Source of the DNA: Chrysomallon squamiferum
Taxonomy: Eukaryota; Animalia; Mollusca
Direction: 5' to 3'
Length of the DNA: 64,000 nucleotides
Assembly (NCBI GenBank): GCA_012295275.1
Contig: CM022673.1
Location: forward strand, 19,592,001 to 19,656,000
Positions within the stretch are counted from its first letter, which is position 1; the number at the start of each line of letters is the position of its first letter. The notes beneath the pieces were generated by a model. It was not told the DNA's origin. It made no database searches and saw nothing but the letters and a program-made list of their open reading frames with translations. Of the stretch, positions 1-14,673 are shown one piece after another. The position numbers and the translations under genes were made by a program.

Positions 1-31
1 AATTATATAGAGCAAAATGAACACAGATTAA

Positions 32-345
32 TAGCCCGAGTATTCTCTGGCAGATCGGGTGAGACGGACATTTCGATGGATATCGTTTATTAAATTATTT
101 TATTTATTTTGGGGGATAACATTGCCAGCTGTGCAATTGTCAACGATTTTTGTATTACATTCCTTTAGATGGGTAATTTTTTTAGTTCGCTGGTACCATG
201 AGAAGTACCATTTCGTCGTACTTATACATGCTACAAGAAGAAGCCAAAGACCCATGTCATAAATCTTCGTCCGTTTGAATCGACCTAAACAGTGACGTAA
301 CGTCATCTGACTAACACAGCTGCTTTTCATAGTATAAATGTACTA
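32..345 (+). mobile_element. Third, single-arm copy of the palindromic element family
   Basis: tagcccgagtattctctggcag...gatggatatcg, ggtaccatgagaagtaccattt and gtcatctgactaacacagctgcttttca align in order with 43326-43640 (tagctggagtacactctggtag...gatggatattg, ggtaccataaaaattaccattt, gtcagctgattaacatgacagcttttca). Confidence 0.65.
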
Positions 346-1964
346 TAAAGTTTGTCATATAGCGACTACGTAATTTTAATTATTACTTTTTATTTTTTTA
401 TTTCAAAGGCGGAACAGTATCAAAATATGTTTTTTTTTTTTTTTTTTTTTTTTTTGGGGGGGGCGTTAAATGAGGCGAATATTGGACGCTAATTCTTCTT
501 TCTTAGCAGTTTTATTACTTGTACATGCCAACATGTTAATTATATTCACAAATCTCATTCAAGAATGAATGTTTGTTTATGAAGAAATTGTAACTAGTTT
601 GTTTACAAGTTTTATTAATAATAACTGATTTTAATCATAGTGGTAGTAAAAGTGACTCAGAAGATGGAAATAGGCTTAAGAAAAACAAATCGCACTTCCA
701 GAAAAAAAGAAATTATGTTGTAGAAGAGCAGTAGCATATTCAAATAATGGCAGATATGACACATGCCATGGTCGCTATGTGAAGAGATCTCCAGCTTCAG
801 TTTCTTTTATTGTAAAAATGATCTAAAAGATAGGTGACAGATATCTGGGCAGTGGCTTAATTTCAGTTCTTGTCGTCGTTGCTATTTTCTGAAGAACCAT
901 GTAGACCGGTGACAAGTTAACTAAACTGAAATCATTTTAACCTAGTATTCAGGGAATACAGGCTGAGACTTCGTTGTTGGAGAAATAACTTACGCTCTTG
1001 TAGAGTTTATTTTATTTTCATTTTCATTTCAGGAACTGTTATAATAAAAATAAAAATTATATGTGTATTAGTAGATACAAAATAGACTCATTTTATAAAA
1101 TATGAATTAACGTTATTTTCCTCCTGAAATTAGGATGGCACTCCGAAAGCCGAGCAGGCCGCAGTTTGCCCATGACTGGTATAAACTATAAATGCACAGT
1201 GAATTACGACCGATATATCGTAAGTCGTAATCAAATCACAATTCTAATAATAACAACAACAACAATACAGAGGGAAATCTTTGAACATGGACAAAATAAT
1301 TTGCAGTTTCTCAGAAAATAAATGTAACATCTCAAAACTACTGAAGGTATATGCAGTTTTTATTTCATTAATCTAATCACACCTTATATGTCAGATCCTA
1401 AGAGAGAATGGGAAAGTTACAAATAGCTTTGACTTTTTTTACAAGCACAAAAACGAACAGGAAGAAAGCGCCAGTGACTAAATTTTAACATTGATAAAAT
1501 TATTATAATGTACCTCTCCATCTTTCTTTCAATTTTATTTTGTTTATTCTATTATTATTTTTAATTTTTAATTTTATTATTTAAAAAACCCAGAGAATTT
1601 GACCGACGACAAATTAATCCTTGATACTATTATTTATTTATTTATATACATAGTTTTTTTATCTCTATATTTTCATTTATCATTATTATTTACTATTATT
1701 ATTATTATTATTATTATCATTATTATTATTATTATTTATCTATTTTTTTTTTTTTTTATCATTTTTTAAATTATAATGATTCAAGGCGCTTTCCTTGAAA
1801 TGCTACTGATGTAGATCAATGAAAACTTACAAAGCAGAAAATAAATTTATATCGTGAAGAATTCGTCGAATGTATTCACTGAGCTATATGAATAAAAATT
1901 AATTGGACATCCTTTACAGAGTATTTATAGGCTTGTATTCTAGCTTTTATACTCTTTCTTCTCA

Positions 1965-1998
<34 letters not shown>

Positions 1999-3735
1999 GT
2001 ATACACATACATATGCATGCCACGAGTGAAATTCACACAAATACAGATACACGCACAACATAAATATACAGAGAGAAACAGAGATGCACGCAGCTTCCAC
2101 TTCATTTCATTAGAATGATCGTGATAGTGTTTTACTGTGACTTAATGAAACGATATATATTTATATATATATACGGAAATAACTGAAGTTAAAATATCCA
2201 TTTTTTACATTATTTTTTATTATTATTATTTTTTTTAATTACAGTAAAATTAAAACATAATATTGATGAATACTGGGTAGTAAAGACTGCTTGTACGAGA
2301 TTGATTGCAGTTTCCAGTCTTCCAGCTTGGCTTATTAATGTAAACTGTGTTCGTGAAGCTGCTCTCACAGAGATAATTTTATTGATTATTGGGGGCGGCT
2401 AAGAGGCGGGATTTTAAAACTAATAAATATTTCAGATTTAGCGACGTAATATAGATCTGTTTACAACATATGATAATGAAGTTCAGCTTTTCATAAATGA
2501 CAGACAGTAGGGAATCAACTGAAAAACCTAAATGTTGTTTTTCAGAAATTAGTCAGCTCAGCCTTTAGCTGGGACAAGACTGATAAGCAGTTTTACGAAG
2601 TGCTGGATTAATGTTTACTGAACTATTTGTTTTTCACGAACATATAAGGTAGGTAATTAACATTCGAACAACATATCTTTATTCCGAATAAATTCATTAC
2701 ATGGAATGATCCATGAAATCTTTTTAAAAATTTTATTTTTGGTATTATTATTATTTTAATTTAGGTAACACGTGTTAATGCAGAGTGTACCTCCTAGACC
2801 TTTTCAATGTAATGTTTTATTCTTGTGACAGAGAAGTAATTATATTTGCTTTTAAAGTATTATATTAAGAAAATCTAAGTATCTAGATATCAGTATTATT
2901 TTATATACGAAAGCAAGATAAATACTTCCAAATTTCTTCTTTTGTAATATCGTTTGTAAGAAGGTATGTTGCATTTTCAAACCCTTTATAGATATATATA
3001 TATATGAAACTGTTACAGGGGATCTCCATAATGTGGGATTATTAATTCATTATCTAACTGTTCAACCCGTTTTATACTTTTCATTTAAATAACAGCTATT
3101 GTTCCGAAAGTGAACGGACGAGATAACAGTGATAAAAATGTCAGAGGACAAAAGAAGCTGGAGTATTCAACTTACTGAAGTTTTAAAAAGTTTAAATATA
3201 CTATTTCTAACAAAATACTTTGTGATACCAAATAGAATAATGATATTAATAATGGTAATAATAACAATAATAGAATACTAGTGGTAATAGTACTAGCAAT
3301 AGTAATAGTGACATTATTAGTAATAGTGTTAGTAATAAATATTAAAATTCAGTTTCAGGCATAATAATAAATACAGTTCTGAATTATAAAAATCGATATT
3401 ATAGGCTTATTCATATAGTCATAGTTTTATGTATATCGGCTGACATTTTTGTTTCTGTTCTGTACCATTTCTTAGTTATTTTCCTTTTCTTAACCACCAG
3501 CCCGTCCTTCGTTCGTTTCTTTTTTTAAACACTTTAATTTTGTAAACAGAGAAATACTGTGTGCCTCAGCTTGCCAAACAGAAATTTAAATCTGAAAACT
3601 GGAGATCTCCTCTGATAGACATTAACCATATGACGACAATTCTAATAAACAAGCAGGCTTTATTCATCGCAAAAAAGTAAACCAGAGATCTTCGCAAGTC
3701 GTGCCTACTATCTGCTACCCAATAAAATATTTATT

Positions 3736-3737
<2 letters not shown>

Positions 3738-3802
<65 letters not shown>
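3738..3802. repeat. (CT)n microsatellite
   Basis: Pure dinucleotide run. Confidence 0.97.
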
Positions 3803-3805
<3 letters not shown>

Positions 3806-3833
3806 AGTTATTCTATTTAAAATTATTTATGTA

Positions 3834-3864
<31 letters not shown>

Positions 3865-4249
3865 TGTTTCCTTCATTATATAAAGAAAGAAGAAGAAAAA
3901 TAAACTACATAACGTAACATTGTCCTCATTACTCCTAGTTCATTTTAAAATATATTTTAGCTTAGCTTAAAGCTGGGTGATTCCATACTTCTAATGTGGT
4001 CAGATATCATTAACTATATAATCACAATTTCCTTTGCATAACTGTTTTACCTGTTAAGTAATTCGTATGGCTTTGCTATATGTTATCATTTAGATTTATC
4101 TTTTAAATACAGCGGCTGTAATTATATCATAATAAGAAACTGTATTATTATTATTATTGTGTTTATTACTTCCTTTTATTATTATTATTCCTATTATTCC
4201 TATTATTATTATTGTTTTTAATTACTTATTTTATTTATTTATTTATTAA

Positions 4250-4292
<43 letters not shown>

Positions 4293-6811
4293 CAGTGTGT
4301 GTGTAATTTTAGTAACATGGCGATAGATCCATTTGTTCGGTTTTAGTTGTTACTAATTTATTGTTATTTTATTTTCTAATTGCACAGAAGATCTCAGTTT
4401 ACTTTGGTTTCAGGTTTGAATGTTGTTATGGGTACATCTGATCGACGTATAAAATGTGAAGAAGTACCTAAAATATAGTTAATATGTTTAGTGCAGAGAG
4501 AGGACAAGTTCCATACTTTGGTATATAATTTCCATCCACCAGTGCCCGACATTAGATGCATTGTGTAAACTTAGAACAGCTGGGAACATGCCTTTGTAAC
4601 TGTTTACACGTTTCTTTGTGTATAGAGAAGCCTTTCATACGTTCAGTATTGTTTTAAAATATATTTTCTTAACCTTTTTTTCTGTTGTTGTTGTTGTTGT
4701 TGTTTATCATTTTAATACTTTTATTTTCATCATTTTATATTAGGATAAATACCTTTAGAGATATAAAAATATTTGTGAAAATACAGGTTTTTCAACGTTA
4801 TTATTTAATTTGTTTTTTGTCTATCAGTCTTTTATAACACGTATAACAGGAAAATAGAAGAGAACCAAACATCTGGATGTTGACATGTTTCCGTAATTTG
4901 AGAAACATCGAGCATGTTGTGAACCGATTAACATATTAGTTTCATATAAGTTGTCCGAATTATCTGTTATATAACTTAAAAATTATTACAAATGTGAAAA
5001 TTATAATAATAATAATAGTAATAATAATAATAATGATCATGAAAAAATCGATATACTGTGCAATAGTTTTATAACGGTTGAAATTAATTTTATTTATTTC
5101 TAAATTTTAACTTTTGTGCGTTGTTTACATAAACGCGCGTACGTATTTGTTACAACGTTCTTCGGGCAATTGTTTGACTGTATAATTACGTTAAAAGTTA
5201 TGCAGGATTAACACTCATTTCATTATTCTTTTATATTAACTGCGTCAGATGTAAACTTTGGTTAACGAAGAAATATTCTGCACGTTATATTGTAATTAGT
5301 GATAAAGTATTTTTCAACAAAGAAATATATCTTCGGCGCCACTTTTTTGTGTTCTCATTGCTTCAAAGTTTCTTGTTATACCAGGAATAATAATGCTATC
5401 AGCACGTAATATACGCTGTGTCCCCACGACTTCAGTTGTGAAGGGAAAAAGTGATCACGTTTCAGTATTTTATTTTATTACTTTACGCTGTTTTGAGCGA
5501 TCGTTGGTGATCCAAAACAAGAAAACAGTAATTTCGAAGTGTACAGAGTTTTACTGGGCCGTTACTACCGCAATTAGAATATATTAATAGAATTTATCGG
5601 TCCTTCTGCGATTCTGTATTATAACCTTCACAGGAAAAGCTATTTTAAGACACCATCCAGTTGCTCTCTCTCTCTCGTGTGTGTGTGTGTAATAACATTT
5701 TGAAATCATTTGTTATCTGAATTTTTGTTAATGAAAGGATAGCTTTATGGCACGATTTTATTAATAAAATCTTCTCTTAATGACGGTCCGGCGATAAAAT
5801 GAATTACCGTGATTTCCCAGAAAATGTCACAATAAAAAAGAGGATTGTTCTGATATTTAAGTTTTAAATAAATTTTAAAAAATAAAAACAAAATCAACCG
5901 TTATTGCCGTTTAAGCTGAGAAACTTTCCAATTTAATCCACTCTGTGCTGCGTAAAAGAAATCTTTGTCGGAACAGATGAAGGACTAAAGTAATCACACA
6001 GTAACACAATTCCAAGAGATGTTGTTATCTCAAGTACTAAGAAATTGTGTAGGCATCTGTAAACTGTATTTCAGACCAGCTACTTAGATATTTATCGGCA
6101 CAGCTTGATGCACGTTAAAAAAAAACAACTGTCTTTAATTCCCACCTTTTCTTTCTTCTTTTTTTTTGTATCTGTTTCGTTATTATTTTTGATATATTTC
6201 CCTTATGAAAATAGAGAGTGGCGAAGTTTAAAAAAATATGTTTTCCTACTGGCACTATATTTTTCTCTTTTTTTTTTTGTTGGAAATATTTGAATACGAT
6301 ACCATTTTCCTGAACACAGTTTTGAAATTAAGATAATGATATTCCCACATATGATTATTATTATTATATAAATGGACAACCACAATAACAACAAAAGGAA
6401 AAAAAAAAAGAAAAGAAAAAAAAGAAAAGAAAAACGAAACCAAAAATGATCAATTAGACTGTTTTTATCATTTACAAATTCTTACTATCAGTGCACGTAT
6501 TGTAAGAATAAAAACCTACAGCGACACATAAAGATATAAACAGAGAGACAAAGGCATTGACATAAACACAAACAATAATGGTGGTTTAGTGTATAGTTCT
6601 ACACAAGAGATTAAATAGAGAATCAGAACTAATTCCCATGATCATGATCAGCATACATCTGTTTTAAAAACATGTCACAGCTTACGTGTAACATGTAATC
6701 ACATCACATTTGTACGATTTCCTTATTGCATACTAAATTAGCCAAGTAGGAAGTAAATTATATTGGAAAGGTTTGTTTTCAGTCTTATTTCGATAATTTC
6801 TTTTTATTATT

Positions 6812-6842
<31 letters not shown>

Positions 6843-8017
6843 TTATTATTATTAATTTTATTTTTTATTTTTGGTGATAGATTTCTAATTAAAACTAATG
6901 AACACAGAAAGGTGCATGTCTGTATCAGACAAATGTCTTGTTTGCTTTATGTCGGGAATATTTTGTTCTCGTATAATATGATTAAGTAGCGATCCAAAAA
7001 AAAAAAAAGAATTGTTATATATTATCATAATGTACATTTATATCAAACAATTTTTATAAGTACGGATGTAATGAATTAGTACAGTTAAAATTTAGTAACA
7101 GAAAGCATGTTAAAAATGGGCCTATATGTGTTGAGTGTGTGTGTGTGTGATTAACGATTCTGAAATGTCGTTGTAAATAGATTACCGTAGAGGTCATTTA
7201 AACTAGATTTAAAAATACATTAGAACTGATCTTCTAAATAGTCAAATCTGGAAAAAGGTTATACAAGATATAGTCTTTAACCGGTAATATGTCCAAAATT
7301 ATCTGATTACTTTATTTAAGGCATATACAGTTTTTAAACTAGGTTAATCACATAGGCTTTTTACGTTGCCAGTGCAATATGCATCAAAATAAAAATCCAT
7401 TATCCAGACCTGATACTAGAATGATTTCACCAACAGTCATATTCAAATAAGATTGCTATCCACTTGTAGTTAATATGCCTCCTTGATTTGGACCAAAACT
7501 AATAAATATATAAACAATGAACACTAGATATACAATAAGATTGCATTATTCTCGTCCAGAAAACAATGTTAGAACATTATACGTAGAGATTGCTAATTTG
7601 AAAGGGTTATTATTCTCTTCATATCAATATTGCCAGTGTATGTTCTTTACTGGAACATTGTAGCGAAATGTTTGTTGTAGTACTGCCTTATTACCGTTTG
7701 GCTGTCGAGGAAATACATGATTTACTGGACAATGTCTCGTTTACGTTAAAATCCACTTACAGATTACTGTCTGTTGATAGTCATAAAACATGCTTATCCA
7801 GAACCCAAGAAAAAGTAAACATATTTATTTTTTTGTAATCGTAAAAATATTTGGAATTATATTAATTCTTTTTTAAAAACAAAATGCTGAAACATAATTA
7901 TAGCTGTAATATATACATATATCTTAGATATATAAAAATTAAATCCGTGTCATTAATGATAATTCTTATTTCTTGTTCTTGTTCTTGTTGTTTTTTTTTT
8001 TTTTTTTTTTTTTTTTT

Positions 8018-8070
<53 letters not shown>

Positions 8071-11000
8071 TTTATTATTACATTTTTATATTTTATACAA
8101 GCTTTTATTCTATTCTTTGCGTCACTTCTTTTTTGGAAGTCATTAGTTCGCTATTGATTTAGCATACAGAAGATAAAAATGTTTGCAAACAGGTAACAAA
8201 AGAAGTTACTTAAAGTACATTAAAGTCTCAGAGGCATCTAGGAAGAAATAGAAGCCGTGCAAACAGTGAATAATAGATTTTGTTGGTTCCGAAAGACCAT
8301 GAGACAGATATAGTGTTCGTTGTACCTGAGAAAGAATGTGTTTTTTTTGTTTATTTTGTTTTATTTTATTTTAATGGTTTTGGGGGGGGGGGGTAATTTT
8401 ACTTTTCTTATGTTTTTTTTTTTTCCCTTTTTTTTTTCTTTCTTTTTTTCCAAATATCGATCACCTTTCAAGTTGCATTATATTTCTAACTTCATGGTTC
8501 TAAAGAAGTGGAATAAGCTTAACAACAAAGCGCTTTAAGAAACTTCGTAAATGCGATGATTATTGAATTTGTTCGTTGTGAAATTTATAACGGGAAACTC
8601 TCTCTACAAAGATTTCTATAATTCGGATGTAAAGTATTATACTGGAAGATGTTAGGTGTAAGTATCTATTCTCGGGATCGGAGTTTGATCAGAAGAGAAA
8701 GATAAATAATAGATGCTTCTGGATCTGTTTTAAATATGATTTGGTAGAATTGATTGTTCTGTTTATTTTAATGTTTTTTTATAATTCTCTCCTTTTTTGT
8801 TTTTAATCATGAGTTTCATTTCTACGTGTTATTAATGCACGTGTAATCGGAAATATAATATCAGTGACAATCATAATTTTTTTTAAAAATTTAGCGTTAA
8901 AATGATTGTATTTCGACGTATTAGTGGAAAAAAAATTAAACATAAAACAGATTTCAGACCCCATTGCGTAGAAAGGAATTAAACACTTGAGCAAATAAAA
9001 CGAATTTCAGTTTTAAAAGAGCTTTTTATTAAAATAACCTAAATGCAAACACAATCGTGTAAACTGATAGGAAAATAGACTGCTTGACTAAATCGGAATT
9101 AAATGGGGTAATGAGAAATTAACTGCCGTGTTTATTTCGTACGTCTTAATGGGAGCCGACTTCTTGTTCTCCACTTGTATCAAAACAACATTTACAATTT
9201 ATAAATCGAATTAAACAATGATTATGTTAATTGTCAGATTTTTTCCGGAATGGCCCGGGCTGTACTCTCTTTAAGATCTGTGACAGCTTCCGCTTTCCGT
9301 CATCGTGAAGATAACACTGTCAGTCGTTGGCAGTTGTCTTCACTATGAAAGTCTCTACAGGAAAATAATTTTTCTAATGAACATTATAAATTGTAGCGAA
9401 CTATTTAGAATGTTTCAGATAAACCGTCATCATCATTATAGGCCTCGTATAGGCACGATTGAGGCAAATGCATGTCCTCTATAATGACAGTTTTTATTAT
9501 GGTTAATGTAAATGTTTAAACAATGCTTGCAAAAACTAAGAATATTAATAAATGAAAAATAAAAACCTGGTTCCTTCTAACGACAATGTAATAATATGAT
9601 TATATATGTAGTGTTGATGGTAAATCATTCAAACACACAAAGTAATATAATAAAAAAAAAAAAAATTAACAGCATTCCTCCCCTAAAACACACAGACACA
9701 CACACAACACACAGACAACAACAACCGAAAAACGAAATCAAAACAAAAACAAACACCGCATTAAAATTATAACAAGATTTATATAAGAAATTAATTTGCC
9801 TTGCAATATGGTCAGAACACTGATTTAATATTTATGTCATCCTGCTAATGCTTTGACGCTCATATTTTGTCATTTGATAATTTGTTTGTATTTTGGGGTA
9901 TGTTCATATTTGAAAAAACTCAGTCGCTATAGCTATTGACAGAATACTATATGAAACCATATAGCGCAATGGAACAGAATTTTGTATGTGATTACAGTTA
10001 ATGCATTCGCTCTTTCCCTGTAAGTTGCAATTTCACTTCTTAATTTACAGAAAAATACAGGTAAAACAGAACCAGTCCCTTGAGTTGTCATTTCACGTGA
10101 TTTTGATCAATCACTATTAATTGTTTAAAGTGCCGATGAATGGCCCAAATAACTGGCAGCGTGCAACGAATAATGTGTGTCATCGGCATTACAGAGGCAA
10201 AGACGATAACTCCATGACCATGATGAAAAACGTTACCTGACGTAATATGTAAATTTAGCGATGAAACCTATATTCTTAAGTTTCAGTCATAAATCACCAG
10301 AAGCATTTTTTATTCAAGACACACAACTTTGTTGATGAGAACACGATAGGCTAGCACTGCTTGTTTGACTGGGCCGATTTTTAAAGATCAATAACATATG
10401 CACCGACACAAACTTCGTATAACACAAAGTATTAGCCTTAACTTAATGGTTATGTACACAAGCGCGAACAGTTGTTAATTCCAGGCGTCATTCATGGCAA
10501 ACGGTTTATTACTCTTAATTAAAGTTAAGACAAATACGCTGTTAAAATTCTTGTAATTTGGATAATAATGACGATGTGCATTAAGATGATAAATTATGAC
10601 AGCTACACTGATTGTTGTTAATAAGTAACACAGCGAGTGATGAAACCTCAGGTACTTGCGACAAGAACTGAACTTTCTATTTGTATATACATATTAAGTA
10701 TACAGTGTAAGTTTGCAAAAGGTCAAAAAATTGTACGATATCAGTATTTCTCATGCTCGGAAAAAGTTTCGGTTCTGGGAATTTTGAAATTTTGTTTTTT
10801 TATATCGATTAATACCTCGCTTCAGAAGCAAACCCATCAGATCTAAATTGCTTGTCTGTCTGACTGTCGAAGTAATTCCTTTATGTTACGAGCAACAACC
10901 CGACAGTGTCAGAAGTCTGGTTTATGTAAAGTCTCGTCCTGGATTTCTTTAATTAGCCGGATATGTGTATGCGATTCCAGGAAAAAAAACTTCAAAATGT

Positions 11001-11949
11001 TTGTACTTCGCGAAGAACTCTTGCTTCTTTAGAAAGTTCAGCGTGCAGATATTAATATATACAAATATGAAATGTGTTATTACAACTGTTTTATTATTTT
11101 GCCATTACTGTTGTTACTATTCCTACTACTGCATTATTACTGATACTACATTACTTATATTAGTGTTACTACCTTACTATTACTACATTCTTAGAACTGC
11201 CATTACTACTACTCCTACTATTGCATCGTTGTTGCTATTGGTGATACTATTATACGTTGTCACTGTTATTCATTTTGTTATGATTTTTGTTATCTGCTTT
11301 ATTTTATTCCAAGAATGTTGTTTTTTTTTTTTTTTTTGTTTTTGAGCTTTTAATAAATTACCTATGAGCCAATAGGTGAATGTACATTAGTAAATTTTCT
11401 TACATCCTTTCACTACAAACGCATTTGTTATGCGCATCGTTTAAAACAGCCAGTCTTAGGACTATAACTGAGAACTTCGAACCCACAACAAAATGACTGT
11501 AACAATAAAGGAAAATGATGTGATCCTGATCATAATTTATGATGATAGTAAAATATTATAGACAATGTATCATAATTATAATATAGAACTAGCTCCAAAA
11601 GTCTTTCTCCCTTGCCAGATATTCTCTCGTTAACTATCTTTCACTCCAGTCACTCTGATAACAACAAAACACCTGACAAATACTGGCAGACCTTTAAGAG
11701 AGTCCCAGTGACAGTGTTTACCATATATTAGTGTCCCAAGCATTTTGGAGGAATTTCCCAATACCTTAAGTATACCCAATAATAAAGAGAAATAAATCTC
11801 AGACGCCTTAATGGTGTTTCTGTATGTTTAGTGAAACCATAGATTATGCTAGGTGGTTTTAGTTCAGTCGTTATAAATTCCCCCGTTTAATGTTTACGTT
11901 CTCGAAAACATTCATAAGATTATCAAGCATGATTCATGGATCTTCCCAA

Positions 11950-12320
11950 ATTGTGTTTATCGGTTTCATAGATAGCATCAGTTTCCTCAAGAAATTCTTA
12001 CCAAGGTCGTTAACAAGCAGTTCTCCACATTGATTAATAACATTCATTCCCAATGTACATGGTACTTTCTCCCTTTATGGCTGTCCGTCGTAGTCTTTGG
12101 GTATGTTCACAACTAATATTTTTCTGTCCAATTCAATATACCAAAAGTAGGGAATATTCAGTGCATTGGCAGCCTTAAACGAAGGATTTCAATACCAAAT
12201 AGAGCAAAGTTGTTATTGAAGAATCCCCGGTTATGGTTGTTACACTGAACCAGTATCTAACAAATACTGAACTTGGACAAACCACCCCTCTCCCCACGAA
12301 CGCTGGAACTATAGCAAAAA
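11950..12320 (-). mobile_element. Ty3/Gypsy LTR-retrotransposon aspartic protease remnant
   Basis: Frameshifted minus-strand fragments VQVQYLLDTGS (DTG motif, 12246-12263), then KAANALNIPYFWYIELD and KVPCTLGMNVINQC, matching the Gypsy protease pattern LLDTGS...AANG..IPY.GYIELD...VP..LGMNVI. No LTRs or RT seen. Confidence 0.78.
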
Positions 12321-14610
12321 TTCTGGCAAATTCAACGGTTGAAGTTTCCCGCCTGCTCTTTCTGGTCTTCAACTGAACTTCGTCCTCTTGTAGTGCTCTA
12401 GAGGACTGACTTCTGCCATGGTTGTTGCTGCTAAAGAAAACAGGGGGCTTGAACGTGGTGGAGAACTAATCAGTGAACGTATTCCATCAGATATATTTTT
12501 CTTTCTGTTTCTACTGTTGTAAAAAGCGAATTAGGCAATGCTCATACCAGAAGCCATAAAGATATTTTCTAAATCCTTACATTTTTTATTTAAATTAATG
12601 TATTTAATTGTCAGCTTTTTTTTTTCTTCTTCTTCTTCTTTTCACAAAATAATATTTGCTAGATTGCAAATTAACCTTTGCTTTAAATTCATTATTACAC
12701 ACTGGAATAAAATAATAAAATAATTTTATGCTGGGTGATCTTAGTTCAGTCCTTCACACATCTGTATAGACGTAGTAAAAACAAGCTAAAAAGAAAAGAT
12801 CCGAAATAATCAGTTTAAATTATCAGTTTTGGAAACGTTGTACAATAGCGAGCTATGTGTAAAAAAAACGGATACGATCAGTGTCAACATATAATTTAAA
12901 AATGGAAAAAGATTTTATTTTTTTAATTTCTTAACTACATAAGCTTTTTCTTTCTAGGATAAAATTAAAATTGTCGATCTAAAATAGATTTTGTACTCGA
13001 AAAAATATTGATTTTCATTTGACTGTTCTTCCGTGCTTTAATGTGTTAATTGTAGTCACAGATTTATTCTGTGATTACATTTGTATTTGTAGTACGTTTT
13101 GTTTGCATTTGCTTTATATCTATGTCAAAATGGATGGCTAAAGTTTTTACTTTTATAGCAAAAACTGGCACATTTTGACTTTTACGATTGATTTGCATTA
13201 GTCACTTTCATACTTTTGTGTTTAGATTTTTAGACATTAATAGAGTACCTTATTTTAAGCAGAATATTTCACTAAAATATTTTCTTTTCAAAACTTCTTT
13301 TTCATTTTTTATTTTTAATTTTTTTCTAAAAAGAATTATTCTTTCCTAAAAGCTTCTAATCTTACTGGTTGGTAAATCGATTTCCCTGAAAACCACTTTC
13401 TTTATCCGTGCCGACGGCCATCTTGAATGTGAAACATTCTATCTGAATTAAAGGCTACTGCCGGCTAAAATAATCAGTAAGAATGAAAGGCCAGTCAAGT
13501 CAGCTTATAGCGAGACTATTAAGAAAAAAATAATAAGAAAAAAAATAATGTATGACAAAATAATCATATCAGACTGTTACACAATGCTACTGTTACCATG
13601 ATAACAATAGAATCTTATACCATACTCTGCTGTAAATCCCTTTCTAACACAAACATCAAAAACGACTAATTCTTCACCACATTGTGATTTTAAAGCACAC
13701 ATATTTACTGATCAAAACCATTAATATAGACATTCTTTTTAAATTAAAATTCTAATATTCTGTCATTATTGTAAAAGATAAACATAGTAACCGAAACATC
13801 ATAGATATATAATTTAGACGCTTATGATTAATATATATATATATATATATATATGTTACAGTCAATTTGTGAAACTAGACATTGTGCGAAAAATTAGAAA
13901 ATTCCAGAAGTTTCGCGAAATGGCTAAAAATCATGATCAGTCATTATGCAACAAGTCATATATATATATTAAAGTATATCAAAGACGTTAAAAACAACAA
14001 CAAAATAATTTTTAGCATTTCTAGGAATAGTCGTAAATATATAATCTGTATTTGTTTTTTTTATTTGTTTATGGGTGTTTATGGGTGTGTATCTGTGCGC
14101 GTGCGCGTTTGTGTCTGAGGGAAGGTAAAAAGAAAATGACGATATAGTCGAAATTGTTTGAAAAGACAGTTTATTTATAAAGTAAGTGGTGATAGGATCG
14201 AGTGATGGGTTCTTTTCTTGAAATATATATGTCTCTTTTCTTTTTAAAAATATATTTAATGAGTTATTAAAATTATTGTTTGGTATTAAATCAATATATT
14301 AAAAATTATTACATTACCGGGTTGTTGTTTTGTTGTTGTTGTTGTTGTTGTTTTGTGGTTTTTTTTTCCTTTCCTGAAGATGTAATCGCCACTTATAGAA
14401 CCACATGGTACAAGAAAAATAATAATATGATATTCTACTATCTGTGTTAAAGATGACAACCGTATTTAGAAAAACAACAACAACAGCATGCCATTTATTT
14501 ATTTAGTTCTAGTAATATCAGATATTCATAAACTACAAATATATCTAGTTTGGTTTATACGTTTTTCTGGGACTTTTTTGCGTTATTATTATTTTTTTAA
14601 TTTAATTTTT

Positions 14611-14673
<63 letters not shown>

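Noticed and set aside
12175-12372. ORF resembling a hydrophobic or GPCR-like peptide
   Set aside because: It is largely an alternative-frame reading of the frameshifted Gypsy protease remnant.
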